Below are positions 63,401-64,000 of a DNA stretch of 64,000 nucleotides, one piece after another. The DNA is taken from NCBI GenBank assembly GCA_965644295.1, contig CBFFRP010000283.1, forward strand, positions 1 through 64,000, in the 5' to 3' direction. The stretch comes from Paraphysomonas bandaiensis. Taxonomy: Eukaryota > Protista > Chrysophyceae. Position numbers and translations under genes: made by a program. The number at the start of each line of letters is the position of its first letter. The first letter of the stretch is position 1. The notes under the pieces were generated by a model. That model saw only the letters and a list, made by a program, of their open reading frames with translations. It was not told the DNA's origin and did no database searches.

Positions 63401-64000
63401 CGGCCTCCGACTTCGCGTCTTAGCTATAAAGTCAACGGATGTCTGGTCCGCGCAGTAAACATGAACATGTACGCGGAGGCCAAGGCTGCCACCGGAATGG
63501 TGATAGATGTCTTCAGTAATTCACTTTTGATGCTAGCCCTGCGTGCTAGCCGGAAGGTGAATTCTGTTGGAACTGTGCTGCAAATCTTTGGCATACTCTC
63601 TCATTTGCATTCTATAAATATGCTGCCCCTTGTGGAAAGCACTTTGTGGAGGGCGCTTCTTGTGGCGTGCAATAGTATAGAAGAACTCGAATTTGGCCAC
63701 AAGGCAACATGTATTATATATAGCACAATGAGATCCGCTGGCGTCAATCCTGATGCATTTTCGTATTGTACATACTGTAAGAACTTTTCGAGGACAGCAA
63801 AAAAACAGTCTATAACTGCAGAGCGAAATATCTACTGGGACCCCTATTTTCATTTAGAGCAGATCGGACTGAGTTGGTACTCTCAGAAGTCTATTCCTTA
63901 CGATGAAGATATTGAAACAAGAACAAACACTCCAGTGTGCAGCACTCCCTCGACTCCAATACGTACCTCCGGGGCAAGTAGTGTTCACCTCACTCCTCCA
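60447..64000 (+). CDS. DENND4/CRAG-like DENN-domain Rab GEF (3'-incomplete)
   Basis: IDYFATLG start and MABP-like region (AITDITVI, VPEGFE); uDENN LDRYPSEDH..LPMFVFP..FTFVFTD; cDENN LLFPLTWSSCFI..LQAPGGFMIG; PPR-like MRSAGVNPDAFSY near 63730; frame open at the window end. Confidence 0.85.

Overview
Eukaryotic nuclear DNA, standard genetic code, gene-dense, with short (about 45-65 nt) spliceosomal introns. A mitochondrion-targeted PGK, a signal-peptide-bearing CDC48 and ciliary-type genes (LRGUK-like, IQANK1-like) point to a flagellated, plastid-bearing stramenopile (ochrophyte); this is inference. Host genes: LRR/IQ protein, PGK, RPN2, PHD-like 2OG-Fe(II) oxygenase, SMARCAL1/ZRANB3-like SNF2 translocase, sulfatase, ankyrin protein, CCT7, a ~2,490-aa IQ/WW protein, CDC48, a SIW14/OCA-family pseudophosphatase, a two-domain voltage-gated-type channel, a VTI1-like SNARE ending in CaaX, and a DENND4-like gene that runs off the window. 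Mobile DNA: the 5' end of an LTR retrotransposon next to an orphan 846-aa ORF, a 5'-truncated RT+RNase H LINE with a 13-bp target-site duplication (TSD), an older relic of a related LINE, and six whole or partial copies of a ~480-bp non-coding retroposon. The best candidate for an undescribed system is that retroposon. It begins with an HDV-like ribozyme-type fold resembling the trypanosome L1Tc/ingi Pr77 signature and ends with the LINE 3' UTR, including a conserved GNRA-capped hairpin. All protein and RNA assignments come from manual reading; no database search or folding program was run.
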